From an uncultured Planctomycetota bacterium (GTDB taxonomy: Bacteria > Planctomycetota > Planctomycetia > Pirellulales > Lacipirellulaceae), in assembly GCA_963719315.1 (NCBI GenBank), contig CAVRBU010000002.1, positions 1,472,001-1,536,000 of the forward strand: DNA of 64,000 nt. Direction: 5' to 3'. The notes below the pieces were generated by a model, which was not told the DNA's origin, did no database searches, and saw only the letters and a list, made by a program, of their open reading frames with translations. This document shows, one piece after another, positions 52,701 through 61,998 of the stretch; position 1 is the stretch's first letter; every line of letters begins with the position of its first letter. The translations under genes were made by a program, and so were the position numbers.

Positions 52701-53728
52701 CGTCGGCGTGGCGAAAGCCGCTGGAAGAATGCCTGTTGGCGCATGACGAGGCCATTTCCCACCAGGCCGTGGACACAGTCGCTCTGTTTGCCCGCGGCAA
52801 TTTCACTGAGCAATTGGCATCGCTGGGGCTGGATGCCAATCGACCGATGCCGGTGCGAATCGCGGCAGCCGTCGCCGCCGTGACGGCCAACCCCAGTCCG
52901 CCGGACGATCGAGTGCTCGAATTCTTGCTGTCGCGCTGCGCATCGCAAGATACTGAAGTGGTCAGCCGGTTGTCGATTGCCCAAGCGCTCGGCAGTGCGC
53001 GGCTGACGCCAGCGCAACTCAAACGAATGACGGAAACCGTCAAGGTGGTCGGACCGCTAGAGTTGCCGTCGCTGTTGAAGGCCTACGAAGACTCCGCCGA
53101 ACCAGCCGCTGGCGCGGAACTTTTTGCCGCGCTCGAACAATCGCCGGGCCTCGGTTCGCTGTCGGCTGGCCGCGTTCAGCGTTTGATCGACCGCTATCCC
53201 AAGCCGTTGCGAGCGTCGGCGGCTGGGGTGCTCAAGCAATTCGGAGCGGCAACCGAGTCGCAAGCCGCCCGCATGAAGGAGTTGGAATTCGCGTTGTCGG
53301 GCGGCGACGCAACCCGCGGACACGATTTATTCATGGGCAAAGCGGCCTGTTCCCAGTGCCATCGCGTGAATAAGCAAGGCGCCAATATCGGCCCCGATTT
53401 GTCGCGGATCGGCGAAATTCGCACACGCCGCGATTTCCTGGAATCGATCGCATTTCCCAGTGCCACTTTTGCCCGAGGTTATGAACCGGTTACAGTCATC
53501 GTGTCGGGACGGACGTACACTGGAATCCTGCGCGGCGAATCGGCCAAGGAAGTCGTTCTGATGACACTGGGCCGCTCGGAAACCACGCTGCCGCGCGACG
53601 AGATCGAGGAGATTTTGCCTTGCTCCGTTTCCATCATGCCGCAGGGCTTGGATCGAAACCTCACTGCCGATGAACTGCAAGACTTAGTTGCGTTTCTGTC
53701 ATCGTTGAAAACGAATAAAGGCACGTGA
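49742..53728 (+). CDS. DUF1080 + PVC-type heme-binding CxxCH fusion protein
   Basis: N-terminal LFNGRNLDGW..IAFQAE..YYRNI (DUF1080); LEDTDGDG propeller; HEAT repeats; CSQCH..GPDLS..SIMPQGL; start uncertain. Confidence 0.88.
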   Translation: MANAHLASELRPHMVRIMILRSYVQWNSFAIAQRRVRIAVCICLVASAAFAAESSKEQSWTPLFNGRNLDGWYKYLDRIGKNSDPNHVFQIEDGAIHVYKDQTADKAATKGYFATDANYSYYHLRFQYKWGTKKFPPRTETKRDAGLIYHVTGPDVVWPRCLECQVQEGDVGDCFLVHGAQVEASILPNPVVKDQYQCRPANEGGVEKTVSSLRTTRLIKEGMFEVDGWNTVEVIVHGDEETMHIVNGHPVFHAKKLARLGADNNSWEPLPAGHIAFQAEYAEVYYRNIEIQPITGGPLHPAASEKETSAKAAISALPTTANSPVAHLPIVPEGFEISLAAAPPLVEYPTLACFDDQGRLYVSEGANINDPYDVLAKTLPRSIRRLEDTDGDGVFDRSTVFADKMTFPYGGVWHDGALYVASDPTLWRLEDTDGDGVADMREVVITGFESGGHASCMKGGFLGPDGWIYFCGGNEGAGYDLKDRSGTRLHEPHAAPCVFRIRPDGTGLEFFANGAAGVYDLTFDPSGDLFGVVTILHYPRGDGLMHWVYGAYQSSCPRSSFARLTGDLLPALHEWPQSSPSGAVLYQSGAFGKEYRGNIFAAHFGTHVVTRNVIHREGATWRMDQEDNFVQSDNLNFRFTDVLEDADGSLLVVNTGGWFRIGCPTSEVDEGDLRGAIYRVRKKDQHQLADPRGLKIGWKQLTDAELAKLLGDQRFVVRERATAEFALRGPASVPALRSALHSESSELRLNAVWALTRIDHAEARAAVRESLSDPELTNMLAALHSVGIWRDQAAFDRLVELLKSNEPAIRREAATSLGRLGNSACVPALLEPLATTSDRYLEQALIFAMIEIDAREPVLAGLHGSNPKIQRGTLIALDQMSHGALTEVDVAPLLRSEDLPLQKAALDVVARHAGWTKGVAEFLNERLTGPALSPEQGELVSAALHSAIGDRSVQQLVGAMLENANSPTDSQLLLLEAIGRSRLKKLPSAWRKPLEECLLAHDEAISHQAVDTVALFARGNFTEQLASLGLDANRPMPVRIAAAVAAVTANPSPPDDRVLEFLLSRCASQDTEVVSRLSIAQALGSARLTPAQLKRMTETVKVVGPLELPSLLKAYEDSAEPAAGAELFAALEQSPGLGSLSAGRVQRLIDRYPKPLRASAAGVLKQFGAATESQAARMKELEFALSGGDATRGHDLFMGKAACSQCHRVNKQGANIGPDLSRIGEIRTRRDFLESIAFPSATFARGYEPVTVIVSGRTYTGILRGESAKEVVLMTLGRSETTLPRDEIEEILPCSVSIMPQGLDRNLTADELQDLVAFLSSLKTNKGT

Positions 53729-53754
53729 GCGCATCAGCGTGATTCGCGGTTTGC

Positions 53755-54028
53755 TCATGCGTGCCGATACCGCCGCGGTCGTCGCCCCGCCAATGGGATA
53801 CAAACCAATGCGAATAAAGCCCATGTGCCCGGCTCGGGCACGGCGGCCAAAGTCGCGGAACTTGAACTTCCACTACCGCTACCACTCGCCGTAACGCCGT
53901 AGTGGGAGCGCCACAGATCATACTGTGCCGGCGTTCCCAGCGCCTTCCGCCAGACGACATAATCGGCCGCATCCACCACACCGTTCCCGTTAAAGTCGCC
54001 CCTCAAGCCGACGGAGAGCGTAAGCGAA
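53755..54028 (-). pseudogene. orphan dockerin-like + PEP-CTERM C-terminal fragment
   Basis: GDFNGNGVVDAADYVVWRK...AVPEPGTWALFALV..RRPRR with no N-terminal passenger domain. Confidence 0.7.
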
Positions 54029-54333
54029 GTCGCGCCAGATGTCGGGCATGACCTTCGGATTGGCGCGGTAGTACGCGAAGGCAAACTTCCAGTAGCGAAC
54101 GCACAGCTCAACGATGCTCAACTCACGGCCAGAGACGCCCAGCGGGTTGCGCTAGGCCGCCAGCCCCACTACCTTATTCAACCTTATTCGGCACCCAACC
54201 AATGGGGTCCACCTCAACTGGCCTTTGTGTCAAAGCGGCCGAGATAGTGGTCGCGGCCGTTGAGGATGACGACAGCTTGGCCCGATTTTCGGTGCCGTCG
54301 ATACTTCGGATGGGAGTGAATCAGACGTGGTAT
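54029..54333 (-). pseudogene. integrase N-terminal remnant
   Basis: (I)PRLIHSHPKYRRHRKSGQAVVILNGRDHYLGRFDTKAS* and ELSIVELCVRYWKFA match the N-terminus of the 38864-40096 integrase. Confidence 0.85.
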
Positions 54334-54447
54334 GGTGTGGGTCTCCGTAGGTGCCAAAACGGTACATACCGTTTTGCGCTTCAGGAAACGCCACACTACC
54401 GAACGTCGGCAGGTAACAAATTTGCCTTGTTTTGGCGAAGTAAATTC

Positions 54448-54495
54448 CAAGTGGAGCGGAAGGAAGTTGAACCCTCGACTTCTGCATTGCGAACG
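54448..54495 (-). repeat. att site: duplicated 3' half of tRNA-Ala(CGC)
   Basis: 46/48 identical to 55211-55258. Confidence 0.92.
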
Positions 54496-54676
54496 GACAC
54501 CCGCAACATGCGGAAAACACGTAAATTATTGGGGTTTCACTCTTTCAACCCCATCGTAATTAGTGACTATTTCGCCTGCAATGACATATTTTGACATCGA
54601 AGCGTGCATTTACCGTGCATCGGACATCGCGTTTTCATCGGGAATTTCGTGCTACGAAACATTGCGCGTGCAGCGG

Positions 54677-55162
54677 TCAGCGTGCATTTTGCTGTGCATC
54701 GCTTTGCTGCTTTGCGAAGTATTCCTCGGCTGCCGCCTTGGTCGTTGCGTCGGTTTGTTCTTTCAACTGTTGATTGATACCCCATTCATGACCAAAAGGA
54801 TCGACGATCTTTCCGTAACGCGCGCCCCAGAACATATCCTGTACCGGCATCAGCACGCTTGCGCCGTGCGCCGTGGCGCGCTCAACAATCGCGTCGGGAT
54901 TATCGGTTTGCAGCGTGATGCGCGCGGTTGTACCGCCCAATGTCTGCGGCGTTCGGGTGGTAACGTCGTCCTTCTCTGCAAATTCGTCGCTGAGAAAAAG
55001 CATGTGATCGTCGAGAATAATCTCGCCGTGCATCAGGCGAGTGCCTCCTGCTTCCATCATCACGTCGCCAGTCTCGGCTCCGAATACTTCCTGATAAAAC
55101 TTGAGCGCCGCCATCCCATCATTGACGACCAGGTGCGGAATGAATTGATCTTTGCGAGCCAT
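54677..55162 (-). CDS. VOC family (glyoxalase/PhnB-like) protein
   Basis: PHLVV..AALKFYQEVFGA, HGEI, DMFWGARYG.IVDPFGHEW. Confidence 0.9.
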   Translation of the reverse strand: MARKDQFIPHLVVNDGMAALKFYQEVFGAETGDVMMEAGGTRLMHGEIILDDHMLFLSDEFAEKDDVTTRTPQTLGGTTARITLQTDNPDAIVERATAHGASVLMPVQDMFWGARYGKIVDPFGHEWGINQQLKEQTDATTKAAAEEYFAKQQSDAQQNAR

Positions 55163-55214
55163 CGCGCACTCTCTTTTTGAACTTTGTAGGATGGGTCAAC
55201 AGCTTAAATTCAAG

Positions 55215-55287
55215 TGGAGCGGAAGGGAGTTGAACCCTCGACCTCTGCATTGCGAACGCAGCGCTCTCCCAACTGAGCTACCGCCCC
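55215..55287 (-). tRNA. tRNA-Ala(CGC)
   Basis: GGGGCGGTAGCTCAGTTGGGAGAGCGCTGCGTTCGCAATGCAGAGGTCGAGGGTTCAACTCCCTTCCGCTCCA; G3.U70. Confidence 0.96.
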
Positions 55288-55438
55288 AGTGAAGCGGGTG
55301 TGTGGCCGCCTCTTTATTGAGCTTGGTATTTTAGGGGCCGCAAGTGGCGCTGTCTAGGTTTGCAGGAATGCACCATACTAAGGTTTGGGGCAAAGTCAAT
55401 GAAATACCCCGTCGCCTGCATCCCGAAACCTCAAGCGT

Positions 55439-55909
55439 TTACCGCGGCGACTTCGGGCTCTCGCCCAGCATCGGGCGCAGCTCTTCGAAGAAATCGTAGG
55501 CGTCGTTGAATTGGCGGTACACGCTCGCGAAGCGGACGAACGCCACGGCATCCAGATCGCGCAGATAGCGCATTACGATTTCGCCCAACTCGCGGCTTTC
55601 GATTTCGCTATCGAAGTGCTGGTAGACATCGGTTTCAATCGCGATCGCCGTTGCTTCGATCTGCCGGGTAGTGATGGGCCGCTTCCAACAGGCGCGCTCC
55701 AGACCGCGCTTGATCTTCTCGCGCTCAAATGGCACCCGCGAACCATCTTTCTTGATCACCTTGATCGTGGTTTCTTCCGGCCGCTCGTAGGTCGTGAAGC
55801 GGCGGCCGCAACTCACGCACTCGCGCCGCCGACGAATTGCCAGGCCGTCCTGACTCGAACGGGAGTCGATCACGCGGTCATTATCCATCCGGCAGTAAGG
55901 GCATTTCAT
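55439..55909 (-). CDS. nrdR: transcriptional repressor NrdR
   Basis: MKCPYC..VIDSR..IRRRRECVSCGRRFTTYE, ATP-cone, VAFVRFASVY. Confidence 0.96.
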   Translation of the reverse strand: MKCPYCRMDNDRVIDSRSSQDGLAIRRRRECVSCGRRFTTYERPEETTIKVIKKDGSRVPFEREKIKRGLERACWKRPITTRQIEATAIAIETDVYQHFDSEIESRELGEIVMRYLRDLDAVAFVRFASVYRQFNDAYDFFEELRPMLGESPKSPR

Positions 55910-56030
55910 ATTCGCACTACTATACCGTGCGGCGCGGCATCGTACAGGAACCCGAAAATAGTGGCCTCTCGGATTCCATCCCGAATAATGGCTGGACGTG
56001 GCCACGCCCCGCCCGACAATGCACTACACC

Positions 56031-57001
56031 ATGACGCTTTTTGGAGTTCTCAACGTTGACAAACCGGCCGGGCTCACATCGCGCGACGCCGTCGATCGCG
56101 TTGAGCGACTAGTCCAGCCTGCGAGGGCTGGCCATGCCGGTACGCTCGATCCGCTAGCAACCGGCGTCCTGGTAATTTGCGTGGGGCAGGCAACTCGGCT
56201 GATCCAATATGTTCAGCGGATGCCAAAGACTTACCTAGCCACGTTTTTGCTCGGCCAGACCAGCGAAACGGACGATCTCGAAGGCCAACTCACGCCGGTC
56301 GCCGCAGCAACCGAGCCGACACGAGAGGCGGTCGAACGAGCGCTGCCCCAATTCATCGGCGATATCCAGCAGCAACCGCCGATCCACTCGGCCATCAAGC
56401 TTGCCGGCCGCCGTGCGTACCAACTTGCGCGCGCGGCGCGGAGGTCGAACTACCGCCGCGCACCGTCACGATTCACAAGATCATGGTGCGGCGATATGAC
56501 TATCCCCAACTGGAAGTCGATGTCGAGTGTGGCAGCGGCACGTATATTCGTGCGCTTGGTCGCGACTTAGGCGCTGCCCTCGGCACAGGAGCTTTGATGT
56601 CCAAACTCGAGCGAACGTCGATCGGCGCTTTTAATGTTGAAGAGGCCATTCAGATCGATGAGTTGACCGCCGAAACGCTCTCACGACAACTGCAGCCCAC
56701 GCTCGCGGCCGTAGCCAATTTGCCGCGCGTTACGCTCACTGAAGCCCAACTTCTCGAAGTTCGTAACGGCCGGCCGATCCTAGCGGCATGGCTTTGTTCG
56801 GAACCCTCTCCATTTGGGAGAAGGCAGGTCGCTCAGGACTCGCTGTGGCGAGGCGGGAGCACCTTGGATGCCAGCCATCGGCCCTCTGGCGACCTCGCAG
56901 AGTTGGCCGCCGTCGATGCAGCCGGCAGTCTCGCCGCCATCCTTTTCGAAAAGCGGCCGGGCGAACTCTGGCCCCGGTTGAACTTTAGCCGATCGTCATG
57001 A
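56031..57001 (+). CDS. truB: tRNA pseudouridine(55) synthase TruB (frameshift near 56430)
   Basis: DKPAGLTS, GHAGTLDPLATGVL, SAIKLAGRRAYQLAR; CGSGTYIRALGRDLG in the next frame. Confidence 0.92.
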
Positions 57002-57364
57002 CGTTAATCTGCGCCGATTGTGCAGCGCGTAACGTCGCAATGACAATTTTTTAACTTGCCAACACGTTTTCTGTCCATCGGCGGTGTCGATCTTCCGGGT
57101 GGCGACGGAGATACTTTGAATAGCCACCACGTAAATCGTGACGCCGCAACGACCTAATGTGGCCACGCTAGCATCTTTGGTCGAAAACTATTGATGTGTG
57201 GCATGATCCGCTGGAAGGCTCCCTTTCCAGAAGACGCCAGCCGCATGGGTCCGATACGGATAGCTCGTCGGGCATGGACGTGCCCTCACAATTCACTCGC
57301 ACGATTGTATAGACCGGCCGCTCGGTTACGCTTGTCTCGCGGCAGGTTGGCAAAAACGTCCACG

Positions 57365-60241
57365 ATGTTCGAAGACCGCAGCTTGAAGATTGATTTATTC
57401 GCGCTCGCGTTGTTGGCGCTCGTCGCGTTCCTGGGCCTCTCCCTGTGGACGTACGATGCGACCGACCCGCCGAGCACAAACGTCTGGCCGCCCAGCGACG
57501 TGGTCCACAATGCTTGCGGGCAGGCCGGCGCGCTCACCTCGCACTATTTATTCGAAAGCCTCGGCATCGGGGCGTATTATCTGGCCGGCTCGCTCGCTGT
57601 GTTGACGTTCTTCCTGTTGCGGCGACGTGAAATCGATCAGCCGATTATTCGTACTTTGGGCTGGGCCGTTTCGGTGGCCGGCCTTACCACGTTGGCCGCG
57701 CTCGCCATCCCCAATTGGACCCCCGGCCCGATCATTGGCGCTGGCGGTTACATCGGTGCGATGGGCCGCAGTTTGCTCGAATCGCACTTCGCGGTTGCCG
57801 GAGCTTACATCTTTGCGCTCAGTGTGCTGCTCGCCGGTCTCTTGCTCTCGACCGATTACTTTCTGTTCCGCGCCGCCGCAGTGACGACGAGCGTCACTGG
57901 CCGATCGCTCCTGCACGTGGGCCATTTCGGTCACGTTGTCCGCAAAGCCGCCCGAGTGAAGTCCGACCTTGAGGTCACTGAGCTTGACGAAGAAGATGAA
58001 GATGACGCAGAAGACGACGAAGATGCAGAAGAAGAATCCGATGAAGTCGAAGAAGACACTGAAGACGAAGAAGAATCCTACGACGAAGATCGCGAAATCA
58101 AAGTCCGCAAGTCAGGAGAAGTCGCTGGAAAGCCAGCCGACTCAAACGACGGCGGAAAAACTTCCGCTGACGATCAATCCGCCGCCGGCCCCGCTTCTCG
58201 CCTGGCGAACGGTTTGAAAGCCGCGCTCGGCCTCGCCGGCAAAGGCAAACCGCCGGCGGCGCCGCCGATTTCCGTCACGAAGCCTAAAACGGAACGCGAA
58301 GTGGTCATCGAACAACTGGAAGCAGCCGAGCAATCGGTCGAAGACTCCGATTACGAATTGCCGCCGCTCGACTTGCTCCTGCCCAACGATGACGTGTGCT
58401 ACGAAGAGCAAGAAAAAGAGGTCCGCCGTAAGGCCAAGGTCTTGGAAAAAACGTTTAAGAATTTCGGCTTCAACATCCGCGTCGTGGAAATCGAAACCGG
58501 CCCGGTCATCGCCCAATTCGAAGTCGAATTGGAGGCCGGCCTGCGACTCTCGAAAATCACCGGCCTGTCCGAAGACCTCGCGATCGCCCTCCGCGTGCCG
58601 AGCGTCCGCATCGTCGCCCCGATCCCCGGAAAGAACACGGTCGGAATCGAAGTGCCGAACGAGATTCGCCAACTCGTCCGCCTCCGCGAAGTGATCGAAG
58701 AAACGAACGGCAAAGCGAAGCGGATGAAAATCCCCATCTACCTCGGCAAAGACGTGGCCGGCAACCCGATGGCCGTCGACCTTACGACGCTTCCGCACCT
58801 CTTGATCGCCGGCCGCACGGGTACGGGCAAAAGCGTGTGCCTCAATACGATCATCGTATCGATCCTTATGTCGCGCGGGCCAGACGAGGTTCGCATGCTG
58901 ATGATCGATCCGAAGATGGTCGAGCTAAGTGGCTATCGCAAGCTACCGCACCTCATGCACCCGGTCGTCACCGACATGCGCAAGGCCGAAGCGATCTTGG
59001 CCTGGGCCGTTGACAAAATGGAAGAGCGTTATCAACTCCTGTCGCGCGCCGGCGTGCGGCACCTTAGCGTGTACAACCAGTTGGGTGATGATGAACTGCG
59101 CGACCGCATCCGGCCCGAGAACGACGAAGATTGGCGACAAGTCCCCCGCCACTTGCCGTATATCGTCATCGTGGCCGACGAGTTGGCCGACCTCATGATG
59201 ACCGCCGGCAAAGACGTCGAGCAGCACATCATCCGCCTCGCGCAAAAGAGCCGGGCCGTTGGTATCCACTTGATCCTCGCCACGCAAAAGCCGACAGTGG
59301 ATGTCATCACCGGCCTGATCAAGTCGAACCTGCCCGCGCGCATCGCGTTCCAAGTCGCGAGCCGCACCGATAGTCGCGTGGTGCTCGATGAGATGGGCGC
59401 CGACAAACTGCTTGGCAATGGCGATATGCTTTACCTCTCGCCAGGCACAAGCACCATGCTCCGCGGCCAAGGCACGTTCCTCTCGGATGATGAAATTGTC
59501 CGCGTGGTCGATTTCGTCGGCGTCGATGATCCGCAATTCGCCGGCGAGTTGATGCAACTCAAGACGAAGGACGAACTCGAAGCCGCCGCCAGCGGCGGTG
59601 GCGGAAACTTTCAAAGCCGCGACGACCTGTATGATGCAGCCGTCGATATCGTTATCCGCGAGCGCCGCGGAAGCTGCTCGCTACTGCAACGGGCACTCGG
59701 CATCGGTTACGGCCGGGCTGCTCGCCTCGTCGACTTCATGGCCGAGGACGGCATCGTAGGCCAGTACAACGGCTCGCAAGCCCGCGATGTTTTGATCTCG
59801 CTCGAAGATTGGGAATCCCGCCACAATGAATCCGCCGACCCGACGGCGCCTGCAAAACCCGTCGAGTCCGCTCTAGCAGCCATCGGCAGCGTCGCCAAAC
59901 CGCGAACCGTAGGAGCGTTGCCCGCGACGATCGCGACGGTAGCGCCGCGCCGTCGCAATAAGATCGTCCCCGAACCCGATGAGCAGAGCGAACTCGAAGA
60001 CGAATTCGATGAGGATGAGTACGAAGAAGACGAAGTGGACGAGGACGTGTCTGAGGAGGACGAATCCGAAGACGAATCCGGCGAGCCCGCTTCAGCCGAC
60101 GGTGACGGCGAGGAAGAATGCGAATCAGAGGAGTCCGAGGACGAAGAAGACGAGGAATGGGAAGAAGACGACTCCGAAATTGAGGAATCAGACGATTCCG
60201 AAGAACTGATCGAAAAACCGCCAGCGCGAGCCACTCGCTGA
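57365..60241 (+). CDS. ftsK: DNA translocase FtsK
   Basis: 4TM N-terminus, PHLLIAGRTGTGKS, IDPK.VEL, DELADLM, ATQKP, gamma domain LLQRALGIGYGRAARLVD. Confidence 0.95.
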   Translation: MFEDRSLKIDLFALALLALVAFLGLSLWTYDATDPPSTNVWPPSDVVHNACGQAGALTSHYLFESLGIGAYYLAGSLAVLTFFLLRRREIDQPIIRTLGWAVSVAGLTTLAALAIPNWTPGPIIGAGGYIGAMGRSLLESHFAVAGAYIFALSVLLAGLLLSTDYFLFRAAAVTTSVTGRSLLHVGHFGHVVRKAARVKSDLEVTELDEEDEDDAEDDEDAEEESDEVEEDTEDEEESYDEDREIKVRKSGEVAGKPADSNDGGKTSADDQSAAGPASRLANGLKAALGLAGKGKPPAAPPISVTKPKTEREVVIEQLEAAEQSVEDSDYELPPLDLLLPNDDVCYEEQEKEVRRKAKVLEKTFKNFGFNIRVVEIETGPVIAQFEVELEAGLRLSKITGLSEDLAIALRVPSVRIVAPIPGKNTVGIEVPNEIRQLVRLREVIEETNGKAKRMKIPIYLGKDVAGNPMAVDLTTLPHLLIAGRTGTGKSVCLNTIIVSILMSRGPDEVRMLMIDPKMVELSGYRKLPHLMHPVVTDMRKAEAILAWAVDKMEERYQLLSRAGVRHLSVYNQLGDDELRDRIRPENDEDWRQVPRHLPYIVIVADELADLMMTAGKDVEQHIIRLAQKSRAVGIHLILATQKPTVDVITGLIKSNLPARIAFQVASRTDSRVVLDEMGADKLLGNGDMLYLSPGTSTMLRGQGTFLSDDEIVRVVDFVGVDDPQFAGELMQLKTKDELEAAASGGGGNFQSRDDLYDAAVDIVIRERRGSCSLLQRALGIGYGRAARLVDFMAEDGIVGQYNGSQARDVLISLEDWESRHNESADPTAPAKPVESALAAIGSVAKPRTVGALPATIATVAPRRRNKIVPEPDEQSELEDEFDEDEYEEDEVDEDVSEEDESEDESGEPASADGDGEEECESEESEDEEDEEWEEDDSEIEESDDSEELIEKPPARATR

Positions 60242-60251
60242 CAACCCGCCC

Positions 60252-60279
60252 AAAACCTGGCCGAAATCGGCCGGGTTTT
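60252..60279 (+). terminator. intrinsic terminator after ftsK
   Basis: AAAACCTGGCCGA-AA-TCGGCCGGGTTTT hairpin. Confidence 0.65.
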
Positions 60280-60426
60280 CTCATCTTGCGGCGAGTTTCC
60301 GGCCAAAACTCCCTGATTTTTTGCCCCCGGCATGCATCTTGCTGCCCCGTGCAGCCGGCTCTCGCTCCACGTGCCTAATTCCGCTAGCAGAGCAAGCGGG
60401 CTACACTATTGATGGAGGGAATTTCG

Positions 60427-61158
60427 ATGTCGCATAACTTGAATAGAATCGCACAGCTTTCGGCCCTTGGCGCCGCGTGCTCGCTAGTCGTCTGGCTAGG
60501 AACGACGAGCGCGAAGGAAGAGACTTCGGTTCTCGTAAACAAGCCCGCAGCAACGGCCGTCGACGCGCAAACCGGCCCGATATTGCCGCCGCCTGCCAGT
60601 CCGAGCGAGCAGCCTGCTGCCAACTCGAAGGCGAGCGATCCGTTCGCGCCCTCGGCAGCCGCTCCGAAGCAACTGCCGGTTCCGCCACAGCCCGCGCAGC
60701 CAGCCGCCCCGGCCGTGAAGCGGCCATTCATGCGGCCCGCCGAACCCCGCGAGCCGGCCAAAGGTAAGCTCGTCGGCGCGGAGCCAATGCCCGTACCGCC
60801 AGGCGAGAACCCTACGATTCAAGGACCTGCTTTAATTCCCGCTCCCGCGCCGTCGATCGATGGCGTGCGCGTCGAACCCACGCCGCCGATCGACTACGAC
60901 ACAGACCACGACGCTCGGCGAATGTACCGCACCGGAAAAATCAACTTGGTAATGCTCACCAAAGACCCGACGAGCGGCTGTGCCTACGAAATCCCGATGT
61001 GCATCCCCGCCTGCTGCGTCGGCGACCCAAAAGTCTCGGGCGGCCGGGGAATCTTTGGCCGCGGCGTGGTTGAATACTGCTGGCCCTGCGGCTTTCGAGC
61101 AATCGTGAAGTTCCGCCACGTCCTCGGCAACGTAAAAGTCGAATACGAAGGCGATTGA
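60427..61158 (+). CDS. secreted Pro/Ala-rich hypothetical protein with Cys-containing C-terminal domain
   Basis: Signal peptide, Pro-rich linker, DP..GC.YEIPMCIPACC..P....GIFGRG.VEY.WPCGF. Confidence 0.75.
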   Translation: MSHNLNRIAQLSALGAACSLVVWLGTTSAKEETSVLVNKPAATAVDAQTGPILPPPASPSEQPAANSKASDPFAPSAAAPKQLPVPPQPAQPAAPAVKRPFMRPAEPREPAKGKLVGAEPMPVPPGENPTIQGPALIPAPAPSIDGVRVEPTPPIDYDTDHDARRMYRTGKINLVMLTKDPTSGCAYEIPMCIPACCVGDPKVSGGRGIFGRGVVEYCWPCGFRAIVKFRHVLGNVKVEYEGD

Positions 61159-61160
61159 CA

Positions 61161-61186
61161 GTAGCAGGCACGGCTCCGCGTGCCGT
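61161..61186 (+). repeat. GTAG-type REP-like sequence
   Basis: GTAG tetranucleotide followed by the GGCACG..CGTGCC hairpin just after a stop codon. Confidence 0.4.
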
Positions 61187-61270
61187 AGCACAATCAGTAG
61201 TTGTGCGCGGATCTCCCGACCCTACACCAGGTCGAACGCTAACCTGTAGCTAGCGGGGAGCATCAACTAA

Positions 61271-61714
61271 TCATCCACCGACGCGCAGCTCGGCAAGCAA
61301 TTCCAAATCGGTCAATATACGAATGTTGAACTGAGCGCAGTAGGAGAAAACGTCCGGCCGCCGCAGATGTTGGTCGAGCGTGCAGAGAACATCGGCGCGT
61401 CCGAAAACCGCCGCTGCTACGATCGGGTCGTCGTCGGGATCGTGCCGCACTTGGAATGGGAGCGGACCGGTGACGTTGACTACTTGAGCAATAGCTTCCA
61501 AGTCGCACACATACCGTTCGACATCTTGAGGCGCAAGGCAATGAACTTGCTGGACTCGCGGATAATTAAGCACCCGACGCAGTTCGTCCAGAAGGAAGTT
61601 GGAGGCGATAATTGAATGCGGTGGATCGAGTAGCCGCAGAAAGAGCCGTCGCGCCGGACCACTGGATTGGCCGGTTGCACGTACCAGCACGTTCGTATCC
61701 AGAAAGACGCGCAT
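61271..61714 (-). CDS. PIN-domain toxin (PIN_3/TIGR00305-like)
   Basis: RVFLDTNVLV, LDELRRVL.YP, DPDDDPIVAAA..GRADVLCTLDQHL. Confidence 0.88.
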   Translation of the reverse strand: MRVFLDTNVLVRATGQSSGPARRLFLRLLDPPHSIIASNFLLDELRRVLNYPRVQQVHCLAPQDVERYVCDLEAIAQVVNVTGPLPFQVRHDPDDDPIVAAAVFGRADVLCTLDQHLRRPDVFSYCAQFNIRILTDLELLAELRVGG

Positions 61715-61998
61715 CAAGCTGGCCGCGGCCGAATCTTTTCCAAGGCTTCGTCCACCGCCGCATCAACTTCTTCATCCGAGGCGTTGGTGATGGCGCGACG
61801 CCGATCGACTTTATCCAACGTGTGCCGGATGTTTTCCACGGCGGCCCGGCGGGTCGAGTCATCCACAATCTTGCCACCCGAAAAAACCATCACGCACACT
61901 TGCTGGTCGGCTTGGAGCGGTTGGCCGAGCAAGTTTTCCAGCGATCGGCGATCTGGCTCGGGAATGTCGTTGACCGGCAAGGAGATCATGTCGCTCAT
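61714..61998 (-). CDS. putative antitoxin (hypothetical)
   Basis: Upstream of the PIN gene with TGATG stop/start overlap; acidic C-terminal helix SDEEVDAAVDEA. Confidence 0.65.
   Translation of the reverse strand: MSDMISLPVNDIPEPDRRSLENLLGQPLQADQQVCVMVFSGGKIVDDSTRRAAVENIRHTLDKVDRRRAITNASDEEVDAAVDEALEKIRPRPA

Noticed and set aside
56420..56445. Programmed frameshifting in truB (and UDG, lactate oxidase)
   Set aside because: No slippery heptamer, and similar breaks occur throughout the window, so sequencing error is more parsimonious.
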